Shown here: in pieces, positions 13,116-26,575 of the stretch
Numbering within the stretch: the first letter of the stretch is position 1
Layout of the letters: every line of letters starts with the position of its first letter
Assembly (NCBI RefSeq): GCF_006345805.1
Contig: NC_043016.1
Span: 12,524,001 to 12,588,000 of the forward strand
Length of the DNA stretch: 64,000 nucleotides
Source of the DNA: Octopus sinensis
Lineage: Eukaryota
Direction: 5' to 3'
Translations under genes and position numbers: made by a program
Notes under the pieces: generated by a model
Told to the model about the DNA's origin: nothing
Databases searched by the model: none
What the model saw: only the letters and a program-made list of their open reading frames with translations

Positions 13116-13520
13116 TATTCCAGATTTGACCATCCTGCCAGTTATTGTCTATTATTTTTGTGTCCATATATAGTGTAACTACTGCTATATTATCCTATGA
13201 GTCTCTTATTTGGTGAGACAATAAAATGAAATTTGAGGAAACTTTAGTTGCTATTTCTTGCAAGTTAAGTGACCAGACTTTGGTTCCTCTTTGGCTTGAA
13301 GGAAAATACTTAGTTGTTGTTTTTCTCAGGTCAGCTCTGGTCAAGCAGACCTATTACTAAAGTCATTCCAACTGTTACCATCTAGACTTTCATTATGTAT
13401 GGTGAAGGTTAGTACTATATGATCCAAAATGTACATTTCCAAGGCAGAATGGATTTGTAGGATAATTAGCTACTTTTTCTAGCAGGGTGCTAAGCCACAA
13501 AGTAGTTCACTCAATGGCAT

Positions 13521-13743
13521 AATCCTTTAGCATTTAAAGTGGCCATATCTGGCCCAAATATTCTATCTATTCTATGTTCAAACTGGCTACATGTGGCCTC
13601 TCACACCCATCCTGCAATGTCATTCTAAAAATATATTGTCACATCATTGAAATCTCAAAGCTATGAGATAAAGCATAATTAATTCAAAATAATATGAATA
13701 AATAAAGAACATTTGATAAAGCAATCTGAATGCTAAAGGTTAA
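13521..13743 (+). mobile_element. Second TTAA-type MITE family (also ~12008-12441 +, ~23815-24030 -, ~24075-24290 -)
   Basis: Termini cctttagcatt...aatgctaaagg(ttaa); internal sequence shared among copies. Confidence 0.65.
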
Positions 13744-14416
13744 AGGAAAATGTATAAAAGTAGGCACAGTAAACATATTTTAATTAAAGCTTGAATTATA
13801 ATTTGAGTTTTGGACAAAGCTGCATATGAAAAGGAGGAAAGAGTAAAGCTGAGTGGGCAATATGGTTGGAACACTTGGAGTTGTCTTCCTTGCTTGCCAA
13901 GCAAAAGAAGAATAAAAGAAATCTAGTATTGGTGAATCCTGGATTTTGATCTCTGCGTCACCCTGGTAAATGTATATCCAGGGTAACTTATGAATAAAGA
14001 CGGATGGCCAAAATAAACAAAGGCTGGAAATACAAACATTTGCTTGTCTAGACAGATAAAAAGAGAAGAGGACAAAAGAATATGAAAAGGGTAAAAAAAA
14101 GAAATTTTGTTGTGTGTTTATCAAAGAATACCAACCGAAAGAAAGCAAGGATTAGTGGTTTCCAGCTGAGAAGAGTGAGCAGGGCAGAGGGTTAATGCAG
14201 AACATTCACAGAAGGAATTAAGTGAGGGAAAGGTTGCACTGATTGTGTGAGCATATGCACCTGCATGAATATTGGTATGGAATTATGTGTAGGAGAAAGG
14301 TTGTATATAAGTGCAAGTGTGTGTATAGTGCATGTTTGTGCATGTATACCTTTGTGTGTGTGTGTGTGTGTAGGGAATTAAGTGTATGAGAGGTTAAATG
14401 AAAGTGCACAATGTCC

Positions 14417-14625
14417 CTTTCTACTATGGGCACAAGGCCTGAAATTTGGGGGTGTGTGGTCTAGTTGATTACATTGACCCCAGTGCTTGACGAGTACTCA
14501 TTTTATCGACCCCTGAAAGGATAAAAGGCAAAGTTGACCTTGGTGGAATTTCAACTCTGAATGTAAAGACGGATGAAATGCTGCTAACCGTTTTTTCCAT
14601 TGTGCTAGTGATTCTTCCATCTCTC
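14417..14625 (-). mobile_element. SINE family B
   Basis: Similar to 14687-14903. Confidence 0.75.
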
Positions 14626-14686
14626 TGCCTTATGGATGGGCAGAATATCGACATGACAGAATGGTAGGAAGATATTAAGTGATATT

Positions 14687-14903
14687 CTTTTCTACTCTAG
14701 GCACAAGGCCTGAAATTTTGGGGAAGGGGGCCAGTTGATTAGATCGACCCCAGTATGCAACTGGTACTTAATTTATTGAGCCCTAAAGGATGAAAGGCAA
14801 AGTCGAGATTTTGGTGGAATTTGAATTCAGAACGTAAAGACAGACAAAATTCCGCTAAGCATTTTGCCTGGCATGCTAACGTTTGTGCCAGCTCACCACC
14901 TTA
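14687..14903 (-). mobile_element. SINE family B, full length, with a perfect 15-bp TSD
   Basis: TSD atattaagtgatatt at 14672-14686 and 14904-14918; tRNA-like head on the minus strand. Confidence 0.9.
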
Positions 14904-15051
14904 ATATTAAGTGATATTGCCAGAATAAGATGTTGATCAAATTATGTGAGGAGAACAATTTTTATACCTTTTTAGATATGAATAGACATAAGTTGGCACT
15001 GTGAAAAAGGTATCAACTGTGTATTGGTAATGTGAATAATATTTTATTGAA

Positions 15052-15149
15052 TAGCCTGGTGCAGCCTCCTGGCTTCCCAGATCCTGGTCGAACCGTCCAA
15101 CCCATGCTAGCATGGAAAACAGACGTTAAACGACAACGATGATGATGAT
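15052..15149 (+). mobile_element. RTE LINE 3' end with (GAT)n tail
   Basis: gcctggtgcagcctcctggcttcccag...ccatgctagcatggaaaacagacgttaaacgac. Confidence 0.8.
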
Positions 15150-15628
15150 TAGTGTGACAAATTTATGTAAAAGAAGTTTTAAAAGGTGAATGGGTGGAAT
15201 AAATTTGTGTGTGGGTGAAAGCAAGTCATTATTGATATCCAACAGAATAGCTTCACCTATAACTTGACAAACGAGAGTTATAGCTTTGTATGACAGTGAT
15301 ATAAGTATCAAGAAGTTAGGAGGGGGGGGGGGCTTGGAGAATTGAAAAGGCAGACAACAGACTTGAATGACTTGGAAATATTTCACAGAAAGTTCAGACA
15401 AATGTTGACTAAGTTGATCACCTGTGTTCAAGCTGGTTTCATAGACATACAATAAGCCTTAGACATAGCATTTAATTGTCTGTGAAATGGAAGAGGATCC
15501 CACACTGTGTAGGTTGGTAATATTTTGGATCAAAGTTCAAGAAATGTCAATTAACTTCTAATACAATTGTGGTGTGAAAGGTGCATGTCAGCCATTCAGA
15601 AAGACAAAAACTTTTAAACTTCTCTTAA

Positions 15629-15990
15629 CCCCTTGTCTGGCAATCGCGAGATATCTCGTTTTTGCATGTTTGACCTTTTTCAGAGTTGGACAAAATATCT
15701 TGTCGAAAAATTATTCTCAAATCGCTGGGACAGAATATCTGGTCTAACTCAACTCTTCTACAGTGCTTTTCAGTCGTAAACAAGTATGTTTGTCTTATAC
15801 ATATATGTCTGGCAGCATGTCTCATACCTTTCATGCTCTCACTTCAGTCATGTGACTCATGTCGCACATCATTGCACACACATACATACATACGTTTGCA
15901 AATTCAAAGGACACATTTTGCCTTTTTGCTTTTTATTTTTAAAATGAGCAGTGACAATGAAACTGATGACAATACACCCAATACAGATAT
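15629..15990 (+). mobile_element. Possible piggyBac-like 5' end with transposase start (MSSDNETDD)
   Basis: TTAA-CCCCTT terminus, subterminal palindrome cgagatatctcg and acidic N-terminal peptide; other end not found. Confidence 0.4.
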
Positions 15991-15999
15991 CCCCTGACC

Positions 16000-16640
16000 A
16001 TTATACACAACTCCCTTGCCTGGGCAGGATCTGTGGCCTGTGTCTCTGCTCTTTCTTCTCGCACCTGCTCCACCCTTATCTGTCTCCCATTTCCCCTCAC
16101 CTACCACACCTCCAACACACCATTCTCTGAGCCTTCTAGTGACTCCACTTTGACCCCTCCACCTCGTACATCTCTGACACACCCCTTCCCTCCTTCAAAT
16201 GACCCCATAACCTGCGTGACCTCCTGGTTCACAGTTTCTTCCCTACCACTGCCTTCCAGCACAGCTCTCACCCATGTTGTTACACCTGCCCCTACCTCTC
16301 TGGTACCCACCACCTTCCCTATCACATCACCAACTCCTTTATCTGTACTCCCAGTAATTTTATTTACTGCATCTCCCTATCCTTCCCTGTACATTAGTCT
16401 AAAAGGACATTGCTTGGTTGACTGGCTTATGGAGCATTTCTGAGATATCAGACTTGGTAATGACACCCCAGTCTCATGCCACTTACACTGTACCAGTCAT
16501 TTATTACAATATCTATCTGTGTTCAGACTATCTCTGTACAGGGCCACCCAGACTCTCACCTTCACCATGAACAGACATTAATCTTCTCCCTTTGTTCCCG
16601 TGTGCCTCGTGGGTTCAACTTGCTACCTCTCTTCATCTGG
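16000..16640 (+). mobile_element. Penelope-like element GIY-YIG remnant
   Basis: Frameshifted translation SFICTPSNFIYCIS..PSLYISLKG..L.EHF...HEQTLIFSLCSRVPRGFN matches the PLE endonuclease pattern N.IYCI...YIG...EH...EQ.LIF.L....P.G.N. Confidence 0.7.
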
Positions 16641-16986
16641 CACTTTCCACATTCAACTGCCCCTCCCCGCCACCTACACACCTGCATACCACCTACCTCA
16701 GTACCGTCACCACACACACACCTCTATACAAACACCCATTCACACTGTTCAACTCATTACTCATTTTACACACCATTACACCCACAAACACCTTCCCACT
16801 CCACACACACTGGAACCCAGACACTTCTCAGCACCTACACCACACAACCACATACCATTATCTACACACCCACGCACACTCTTCAATAGTGTCACCAACA
16901 CACAATACTCATAGCCATAACTTTTTCCCACAAATATACACTATACACATACTCACAATTCGGTCACAGACACAGACACAGACACA

Positions 16987-17030
<44 letters not shown>

Positions 17031-17331
17031 ACACACACACATGCACACACCATATGAGCAAGCACACAACTGCTAAACATAAGCATTTGCACATGCATGC
17101 ATGCACGCATGCACACATGCATGCATGCACACATGCACACATACACACATACACACACAAATACACAAAACGCACATCACTCCATGCAACACATACACTA
17201 GCTTACTTGTACACATACAAACACATCCAGGCTTATGCATTGCACACACACACATGATAACTGCACACATATGTATACATGTCCATACGCGCACACGCAT
17301 ACATACCAGTACATGTAACGTATATCACTCC

Positions 17332-17334
<3 letters not shown>

Positions 17335-17368
<34 letters not shown>

Positions 17369-17750
17369 TGTGTACAGTGCTCAGGTGCACTACAACTCAT
17401 CTACAGTGTATATATAATCAGGTGTTGTTTCGGTGGATTTCGGAAAGCATGAGGGCCTTAAAGGATGCAGTGTCATGGCAGTCAACAACTGACGCAGGCA
17501 GTTTATTCCATGCTTCAGCAACCCTGAGCGTGAAAAAATGTTTCCAAAAGTCATGGGAGCTGTGCTGTTTTCTGACTTTGTAGGCATGTCCACGTGTGTT
17601 AGACATATGGAGATCAAAAAGGTGTTCAGTGTTGTTGTTGGTGAGGTGGTTGATAACTTTGTGGGCGTTTACCAAGTCCATCGCCAGACGCCGGAGCTTC
17701 AGTGAATCCATGCCCAGGGAAACAAGGCGCTCAGAATATGGTAGGTGAGT
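17335..17750 (-). mobile_element. CR1-clade LINE 3' end
   Basis: ORF 17418-17753 LPYSERL..LGMDSLKLRRL..DL...TRGH.YK...FFTLRV..WNKLP..VV...FK is typical of the CR1 ORF2 C-terminus; (ATT)n tail. Confidence 0.85.
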
Positions 17751-17991
17751 CACTTACACACAGGTCCACATATTTTTCAGCTCACCCACACAACATACTC
17801 ACACACTCACCCCCATTTCATACATAAACACTCACACACATCATTCGCACATACACATGCATACGCAAGAGCAAATTCGTTCGGCCTGGTCACCATTATT
17901 ATTTCCCCTTCATTCAGCCTCTTTCTTCTGACTATTCCATCATGTTGAACTTTTAAGCCCTGCACATTTTTTTCTCTCTCCATTCAAGCGC

Positions 17992-18290
17992 ATTCAAGCG
18001 CGGTCAGTACCAGTGCTGCCTGACTGCTCCTGTGCTCGTGGCACATAAAAAGCACCATTCGAGAGTGGTCGTTGCCAATGCTGCCCAACTGGGTCCCGTG
18101 CCAGAGGCATGTAAAAAAGCACCCACTACACTCTCGCAGTGGTTGATATTAGGAAGAGCATCCAGCTGTAGAAACATTGCCAGATCAGATTGGAGCCTGG
18201 TGCAGCCTCCTGGCTTGCAATTCCTCAGTCAAACTGTCCAACCCATTCCAGCATGGAAACAGACATTAAAAGACAATGATGATGATGAGG
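17992..18290 (+). mobile_element. RTE LINE 3' UTR
   Basis: Two gtggcacataaaaagcacc modules plus a terminal region ending in gatgatgat. Confidence 0.8.
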
Positions 18291-18946
18291 ATCATCATCA
18301 TATATATATATATATATAACTAATGTAGGATAAGATTTTTTTCAAAAGAAAAAATTTTATCAATGGCCATCATATCAAAAAATACCTTTAAAGGTTAAAT
18401 TTATAAATAACTTATAAAATAAGGGCAAGAGAAAGATTCTAATGCCAAATATGCCGAAAAAAAGACAAAATTGTCAATAACCATTATAATTTATGCGTCT
18501 CGAAACATGCCGATATATATATATACATTTATGTTTTCTTATATTTTTATTATTGTTATATTCTTATTATTTATTATTGTTATCAGTTTACCCAATTTGA
18601 CATTTTAATGATATGTCAACTGTAGATTATTGACTCAAATTGAAAATATTTATGTCAGTTCAACAATAGCAATAGCAAGAACAAAATGCAATTAATTTCT
18701 AAATCACATGGTTTACTTTAAAAGAAAAGAGTTAAAAATGGAAGAGAAATAAAACCTCTCAGGGGTAGGATGGGGAGTTTTAATTTTGGTGAATATATAA
18801 TTCGACAGTAAATAACAAAACATTATAAATCATGCTGGGTAGAGTGGGAAAATTACAATTAAAAGACAGTCTGGAATACATATAAATGTATGTTGTGTAT
18901 GCACAACAAATATATAAACGTACTATATATGTATATATATTATATT

Positions 18947-18983
<37 letters not shown>

Positions 18984-18987
18984 TATA

Positions 18988-19137
18988 TCACCATCATCAT
19001 CATCATCATCGTTTAACATCCGTTTCCATGCTAGTATGGGCTGGACAGGTTTGACCGTGTCTGGGAAGCCAGGAGGCTGCACCAGGCTCCAGTCTGATCT
19101 GGCAGTTTTTCTACGGCTGGATGCCCTTCATAATGCC
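18988..19137 (-). mobile_element. RTE LINE 3' end
   Basis: (cat)n tail and shared 3' UTR. Confidence 0.85.
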
Positions 19138-19187
19138 TATATATATGTGTGTGTGTGTGTGCATATATATATATATATATGTATATA

Positions 19188-19219
<32 letters not shown>

Positions 19220-19536
19220 CTTACACAAACACCATTCTCACATACACACCTATGCACACGCACTTTCATTTGGGATCACCAGCATTTGTTATCTCTCTTT
19301 CTTTCAATGTCTTCTTTCAAACTTTTTTGCTAATCATTCACGATGTTCGGGGCCGCTAAATCTACACATTTTTTTTTTCGTTCTCTCTCTGTTTATTTTC
19401 TCTTATTTCTTTTCTGTTGAAGCGCCTAGGATCGAAATGTAAAAGACTTTTTAATTTTCCTGAGCATCTAACTAATATACCTGCTTGTTGTTCATACACC
19501 TGTCTACGTCTTTTGCTTTTCTATAGATTTCAACTA

Positions 19537-19720
19537 TCATCATCATCATCATCATCATCATCGTTTAACGTCCGTTTTCCGCGCTAGCACGGGTTGGACG
19601 GTTCGACCGGGGTCTGGGAAGCCAGGGGCTGCACCAGGCTCCAGTCTGATCTGGCAGAGTTTCTACAGCTGGATGCCCTTCCTAACGCCAACCACTCCAC
19701 GAGTGTAGTGGGTGCTTTTT
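19537..19720 (-). mobile_element. RTE LINE 3' end
   Basis: (cat)n tail and shared 3' UTR. Confidence 0.85.
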
Positions 19721-19793
19721 ATATATATATGTGTATGTATGTATATATATATATATATATATACATACAAACATACATACATACATACATACA

Positions 19794-19829
<36 letters not shown>

Positions 19830-20112
19830 TATGTATATATACACACACACATAGACATACACATACAAAGTATGGGGGTTTAGTTAATAAGTGAAGCGCT
19901 GTAATGGATTACCATGGTCCCAAGGTTATAGCTGAGATGGGAGTTATGGACCCATTTCAGATTTCCGATGTAGAAGATATATAATTCTTAAAGAGGATGA
20001 CAAACATTAAGGCAAGGCAAACATTTCAAGTTGTATACATTATTATTTTTGGAGTAATAATGTTGTAATGACTTGAGATGTTTACCTTGCCTTAATGTTT
20101 GTTGTCCTCTTT

Positions 20113-20151
<39 letters not shown>

Positions 20152-20345
20152 CCCACACAGTGGACTGAACCTGGAACCTTGAGGATGGAAACTAAAATTC
20201 TTACCACATTCACACACAAGTACACCATACATAATACATCCGGGGATCCGGGACCCCTTCGGTCACGACACTGACCATGGATTGCACCTAAAGTTACCCT
20301 CCTAGTCACAAGTCTGGGCATGGTTGTTTATTGAAGACCAGCAGT

Positions 20346-20445
20346 NNNNNNNNNNNNNNNNNNNNNNNNNNNNNNNNNNNNNNNNNNNNNNNNNNNNNNN
20401 NNNNNNNNNNNNNNNNNNNNNNNNNNNNNNNNNNNNNNNNNNNNN
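20346..20445. other. Assembly gap (100 N)
   Basis: Run of N. Confidence 1.
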
Positions 20446-20674
20446 TTGTCCTTGCAGTGAAATCATTAGCAAAACAAAACAAACAAAACAAACAAAAAAA
20501 AAGAAAAGAAAAATGGTGGTTGGGAACAAAGGAAAAGTGAGACATTTGCAATTCTGTATTCAGATTAATTTCTCTAAAATCCATTCAGCAACAGCTTCAA
20601 CCTATTTGTAGGTGTCTTCTCATTAGTGCTAAAAAAGTAGTCAATATTTGAGGCATGCTAGGAATAAGTAGTAA

Positions 20675-20722
<48 letters not shown>

Positions 20723-21869
20723 TAAAATAATAATAATAATAATGACTGCAGCAAGTATGGAGCTGTTAGTGACTTGTAGAGTGTCTACATGCATATGTGT
20801 GTGTGTGTGGAGGTGTGGGTGGCTCAAGGTGCATGCCCCACCCTTCGTATACTGAATCTGCTAATTGCATGCAAAGAGTTGATTTAATAGGACAACAACC
20901 TCCTATTTACTTATATTAAAGAAAAGCAAAGAGCAAGCAAAAGAAATGCCACCAACCTCCACCACCACCACCACCACGGCCGTTGCCACTGCACTTGCCA
21001 CTGCACCCACTGCTGCACCTGCTGCATCTGCTGCCCACACCCCGCTTCCATCAGCATGAAAAAAAAAGAAGAAGAAGAAAACGACATGGGAGGCGAAGGA
21101 GGAGGAGGAAGAAAAACAACAAGCTATACCACCATCAACATCAGCAAACTAAAGGCTTGCTTGATCTGTTACAAATAGCAGCTAAATTTCCCTCAGCTAA
21201 CACCGCTATTATCTTGAAAAATAAAACAAAAGAATATTCTAGATAATGTGACCTGGTCAAAAAAAACAAAACAAAAAAAACAGGACACCTTTGATTGATT
21301 AGTTATGCATGATCAGGAGTAGAAGTGACATCATCATCAACAACATGAACAATAGCACACAACAACACACAATAGCAACAACAATGGGTTCAGGTTCAGT
21401 CCCACTGCAAGGTACCTTAGATAAATGTCTTCAACTATAGCCCTAGGTCAACCAATAGCTTAGGAGGGGATTTAATTGACAGAAACTGAAGGCCTGTTGT
21501 ATATACACAAGGGAGTGCTAAAAAATTCCTGGTTCTGGGAGAAAGGAAATAAACGTGGATCAGTTAATTATGATTTTATTCAAGATCCTGGCACAGCTAT
21601 CTTGTATGCCAGTTCTGGTCAAGCAGTCAAATCCATATCGGCATGGACATTGGACATTAAATAATGATGGTGATATACCCCTCTCAGATTCACACACTTA
21701 TTGCAGTGGTCCTTCTGTCTTTCTAAACCCTGTAAAAGAACTCAGAAGGTTGCGCCTCCAACCAGGCCTTTCACAATACCCTTAAAGCCAGGATCTTTTC
21801 AGCACTCCTTGTATATCCATGTGTGTGTGTTTGTTTGTTTGTGTCTCCTTCACTTGATATCACATGATG

Positions 21870-22183
21870 ACTGGTACTCTGTCGTTTACGATGATGTGTG
21901 TTCTAATTGGTCCAATCAATGGAACAGCCTGCTTGTGAAATTAACATACAAGTGGCTGAGCTCTCCACAGACACATGAATGTTTAACATAGTGCTCACAG
22001 AGACTCAGCATGACAAGGCTTGCCCTTTGAAATACAGGTACAACTCATTTTCGCCAGCTGAGTGGACTGGGGCAACATGAAATAAAGTGTCTTGCTCAAG
22101 GATACAACACACTGCCAGGACTTGAACTCATGTTCTTGTGACCGTGAGTTGAGTACCCTAACTACTTAGCCACATGCTTTCCC
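21870..22183 (-). mobile_element. tRNA-derived SINE family C
   Basis: Minus-strand tggctaagtagttagg A box, gagttcaagtcc B box, ccttgagcaagacac; flanking direct repeat tatcacatgat. Confidence 0.85.
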
Positions 22184-23189
22184 TATCACATGATAGTTGC
22201 ATTGCCTTCACAATGTGGTGTTGTTTCCAGCCTTCCATAGGAACATGTCTTTCCATGGGAAAATATTACCTTGTTTGGAAACAGATGAATGTAGGTGACA
22301 GAAAGGAGATCAGACTATAGAAAATAGCCTCAACAAATTCTGTTCAACCCATGCAAGCATGGAAAAGTAGATGTTAAAATACCATTATCATCATTGCCAT
22401 CAGCTATGTCAACAATGATGGTTGCTGTCCTTAAATGGGTAATATTTTTCAGAACACAACATATTGCTAACCTATAGTTCTTAGATGTAAACACTGCTGT
22501 GAAACAGTGTAACCAGTGTTGTCAAATAAGCAATGTAATGCAAGAGTACCATTCATTATTTTTTTTCAGCCAAAATAATCAGGAAAACTGTACAAAAGAA
22601 TTGCATAAAAATTAACTTACAATCTCACTTGGAAGGGTAGCTGATATTAGTTCTCAGAGAGCAATTGCAGAAAATGTAGTTTGGATTTTATATTTTTCAT
22701 CATTTTGTTTAAAAAAGGCTTCCCAGTGAAAAAGAAATATTAGCATCATCATTCTTTTAACATCTGTCTTTCATGCTGACATTGACAGGACAATTCAAGA
22801 AAGTCTGACTGACCAGAAGACTGCATTGTGCTCCAATGTCTACTTTGGCAAGGTTTCTATAGCTGGATGCTCTTCCTAATACCAAGTACTTTACAGAGTG
22901 GACTGAATGCTTTTTTTCATGACACCAACACTAGTGAAATCCCTATGTAGCTCACAAGACAAAGATCCCTTTTGACTGAGTGCAAATACAGTAGAAAGGG
23001 AGAGAGCTTTATGTGAGGTGACATGAGATTAAAGCATGAACGAAGGAACCAGGACAGGTTTCTTGCCAAAGAGGAGATATATAGCTATGAAAAGAGTTGA
23101 GACAAATAAATTTGTCTAAAGAAGAAACAATTGAATTGGTACGTGGTGGGAATCATGATGAAAATGTTAGTCATTAATATAATTGAATA

Positions 23190-23514
23190 GGGGCACTCTG
23201 TCGGTTACGACGATGAGGGTCCCAGCTGATACAATCAACAGAACAGCTTGCTTGTGAAATTAAGGTGCAAGTGGCTGAGCAATCCACAGACACGTGTACC
23301 CCTAATGTAGCTCTCAGGCAGATTCAGCATGACACAGAGTGTGACAAGGACGATCCTTTGAAATACAGGTACTACTCATTTTTGCCAGCTGAGTGGATTG
23401 GAGCAACGTGAAATAAAGTGTCTTGCTCAAGGATACAACGCATCACTAGGAATTGAACTAATGACCTTACAATCGTGAGCCGAATGCCCTAACCACTAAG
23501 CCATGCACCTTCAC
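23190..23514 (-). mobile_element. SINE family C, full length
   Basis: tRNA-like head; TSD aatata(a/g)ttgaata at 23176-23189 and 23515-23528. Confidence 0.9.
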
Positions 23515-24319
23515 AATATAGTTGAATAAAATCATTGAAAATATACATTTTCACCTATGTGTCCTGACTTTATGGTCAACCTGTATTTTGTCCAGTGTTC
23601 TAATCATGCCCTCAGTCTTCCACTTACATTTACAATTATGGTCATAATTGTTGAGTAAACACATCAACCCAAACATCCTACAAAGTAAACACTGTCCTGT
23701 AGTAGTTCTGGCTGTTTTACTTTTATTCCTTCTACTTTGTTGATCTACTTATATTTGTCACAGTAATCATGAATCAATATTGAACCATTATTTTAATTAA
23801 ATAACTGATGCAGTTTAACCCTTTGGCATTAAGATTACTCCTATCAAATGTAATGCTTATTCATTCACATTGTTTTGGAATTAATCCTGCATTATCTCAT
23901 AGCTTCAAGATTTCATTGATGTGATTGGTTATTTTAAAAGTGACATTATAGGCAAAGTATGAGAGACCAAATGTAGTGAGTTTCAACATAAAGCAGGCAG
24001 AATATTTGGGCCAGATATGGCAGGTTTAAATACATTTTCCTATTGGTCATTGACAGTTAAATCTGGATGAGTTGCTTTAACTCTGATTCTGATTATTTTT
24101 TTCAAATCTAATGTTTATTTATTCACATTGTTTTAAATTAGTCATGCATTATCTCATGGCTTTGAGATTTCATTGATGTGATTGTTTAGTTTTAGAATGA
24201 CATTGTTCAGTAGCTGAAAGAAGCCAGATCTGACTAGTTGAAACATAAAACAGGTGGAATATTTGCACCAGATATGTTCAATTAAAATAATAAACAGTTC
24301 TTGTTATATGTCATCGTTA

Positions 24320-25150
24320 TCATCATCACCATCATCTTTTAATGTCTGTTTTCCATGCTAGCATGAGTTGAACAATAGGCTGGAGCAAAAAAGGTACTTT
24401 TTATACAGATTTTTGAAATATGTTTTTAAGAAAACATTTTTTATTACAACATGTATACATGTATGACGTACGTCCACGTGCAATGACCGTTGCAGCAGCA
24501 CTAGAGAGAAGCACACACTCCCATTCTGTTTATTGTCAATGGGGAACCTCAAGATATTAGTCAATTGTATTGAAACTTGGTATGCAACTTCTTAAGGATT
24601 CTACATTTACTGTTTTACATTCAGCTATGTAGGAATATGTATTCATTATGACTTATAATCCAAAATTCAACCCAAAACAGCGATTTTTAAAATTTTCAAT
24701 TGCGTTGCAGAGCCTGAAAGAGATATTTAACCACAAAGTTCTTTATACACCTTTCTTTTAACCCTAATTCGCAACAAAATATTGATTCTTGGTTACCAAT
24801 TTAGAAAGTTGCATTTTTTTATCCACTCTATTGGACAGTTTCACATGGAGCTGGCTAATCAGGGAGCTTTCCAGATGTCAATTGTCTGTTGTGGCATGGT
24901 TTGTACAGCTGATAACCTTCCTAATGCCAATCACTTTACAGGGTGTGCTGGGTGCTTTTTACATGCCACTGGCATGGGTGCTTTTATGCAGCACCAGCAT
25001 GAGTGCGTTTATGCAGCACTGGCATGGGTGGATTTTGTGGCACCAACATCTGCAAAGAACAAGAAGGCAGTGATTTTACTTAGCTTGACATGCCTTTTCA
25101 AGTACAGTAAATTGACACAACTCCCAGTCCCCTTGTCATTTCCTCATTAA
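24320..25150 (-). mobile_element. RTE 3' UTR, apparently split by an unclassified insert at ~24385-24830
   Basis: (cat)n tail at 24320-24380; UTR resumes at ~24840 with ccttcctaatgccaatcac and gccactggca modules. Confidence 0.6.
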
Positions 25151-25674
25151 AGCAAGTATAATAAATATGGTAAATGGAATTAGAACTGCACCCTTTATTT
25201 TTGCATCCAAAACTTATTACAAAACTAGCCCTTTGCCTAACAAAAGCATTTTCATATGTTTATTTTAAACATCTATGCTTGTGGAGTACAGACTGTTTGC
25301 CAACATAACATGGTGGTCCTGGTTTAGGATGAATGTTGCTGTAATTTAGCCCCAGGAGACATCGTCTCCAGCTGGCTATACAACATGATTTGTGTCCTTA
25401 TATATTTTCAAACAAAGGAATCTAGCACCCCAACTCAGCCCAAAACAATATATGTGTATCCAAAGCACTGTTGCTGAATATCTCTCATTGTGAGATTTAC
25501 AAATAGTAATTTTCTAACTTATGCTTGTTTTCAGATGTTTAGTTAGCCCTTGTTTTGTATGTTCTGAGTAACATAAAGCTTTCCTTTCTTAAGTCCCAAG
25601 TCCCACTCGTGGTTCAAAATAATTGAAAATATGTATCATATCTGATACGCTCTAATTGTTGAGGGAACATGTTG

Positions 25675-25905
25675 AAGGGGTAGGCCCAGGAATATGTTGG
25701 ATGATGTGGTGAGAAAGGATCTGCAGATGTTGAGACTCACAGAGGGGATGACAGGGGACTGGGACCCAGGCAGTTAGCTGTGCTTGAAAAGATATGTCAA
25801 GTTAAGTAAAAGCATGGTTGCCCTAGCATACAGGCTTGTCCCCCGCAAACCTCTCAAGCTGAGCATCCCTAACATTACGTGCTGGTGCCACGTAAAAAGT
25901 ACCCA
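25675..25905 (+). mobile_element. RTE ORF C-terminus and UTR fragment
   Basis: gagggaacatg...ggggtaggcccagg (RGRP-like motif) followed by gtgccacgtaaaaag module. Confidence 0.65.
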
Positions 25906-26229
25906 TGCTAGTTATTATCTACCGATGAAACATGATGTTGCGGCTAGGACACTGTATAATGAGATCCTTCAGAATAAAGCTGGATAATGGCATACATACA
26001 TACAAGATGGCAGCAAATTCATGTTTGAATATTGTCATCGCCCAATCAAAAGTTCCCCACACGTGAAACCTACAACCAGCCATTTTTGTGATAGGTCTTA
26101 CTTTTTTTCAAGCAATGCCTGTGCATGATGGTTTATATAGAGGGGAAGCAATTTGCACAGATCCAATTCCACTCTCTGAATATGGACAACATAAACTCAG
26201 AAGGAAGAACTAGTCTACATCATCGAATA

Positions 26230-26575
26230 TTGTCAGTGTCGCAGGTTTTCTTGCAGAGTTTCCCTCTTCCAGAGAGATGTTGTGACAACAACAGAGGAGC
26301 CCCCCCCCCACACTCCCAGTGGGTCAACCACACACCTGGACACCAAGTATTTCCACATTCCCCTGCATACATACATGCATACATAGACATGTACACATAT
26401 TGTATGATGGCCGTTGACTACTCATGAGCTCTTCTGCCCTTTGTCAGGTCTTATTTGTCGTTGTGCAGGATGTCCAACAATCACCCTCCTCACCAAGCAA
26501 CCTTGATGGGTTTGCCAGTTTACCTGACCATGCAACAGGTTGTACTGGGTTATGTGTTACCAGTAGCACCTGAAA
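26230..26575 (-). mobile_element. Probable RTE-type 5' UTR fragment
   Basis: Minus strand ctggaagagggaaactctg...aaacc resembles the GGAGAAGGAAAACTC motif of RTE 5' regions; recognition from memory only. Confidence 0.4.

Noticed and set aside
20302-20611. ORFs spanning 20.3-20.6 kb
   Set aside because: Artefacts of the N gap
22560-22700. Possible host exon with splice-like motifs
   Set aside because: All plus-strand frames hit stops; the minus-strand acceptor is weak; no recognisable peptide
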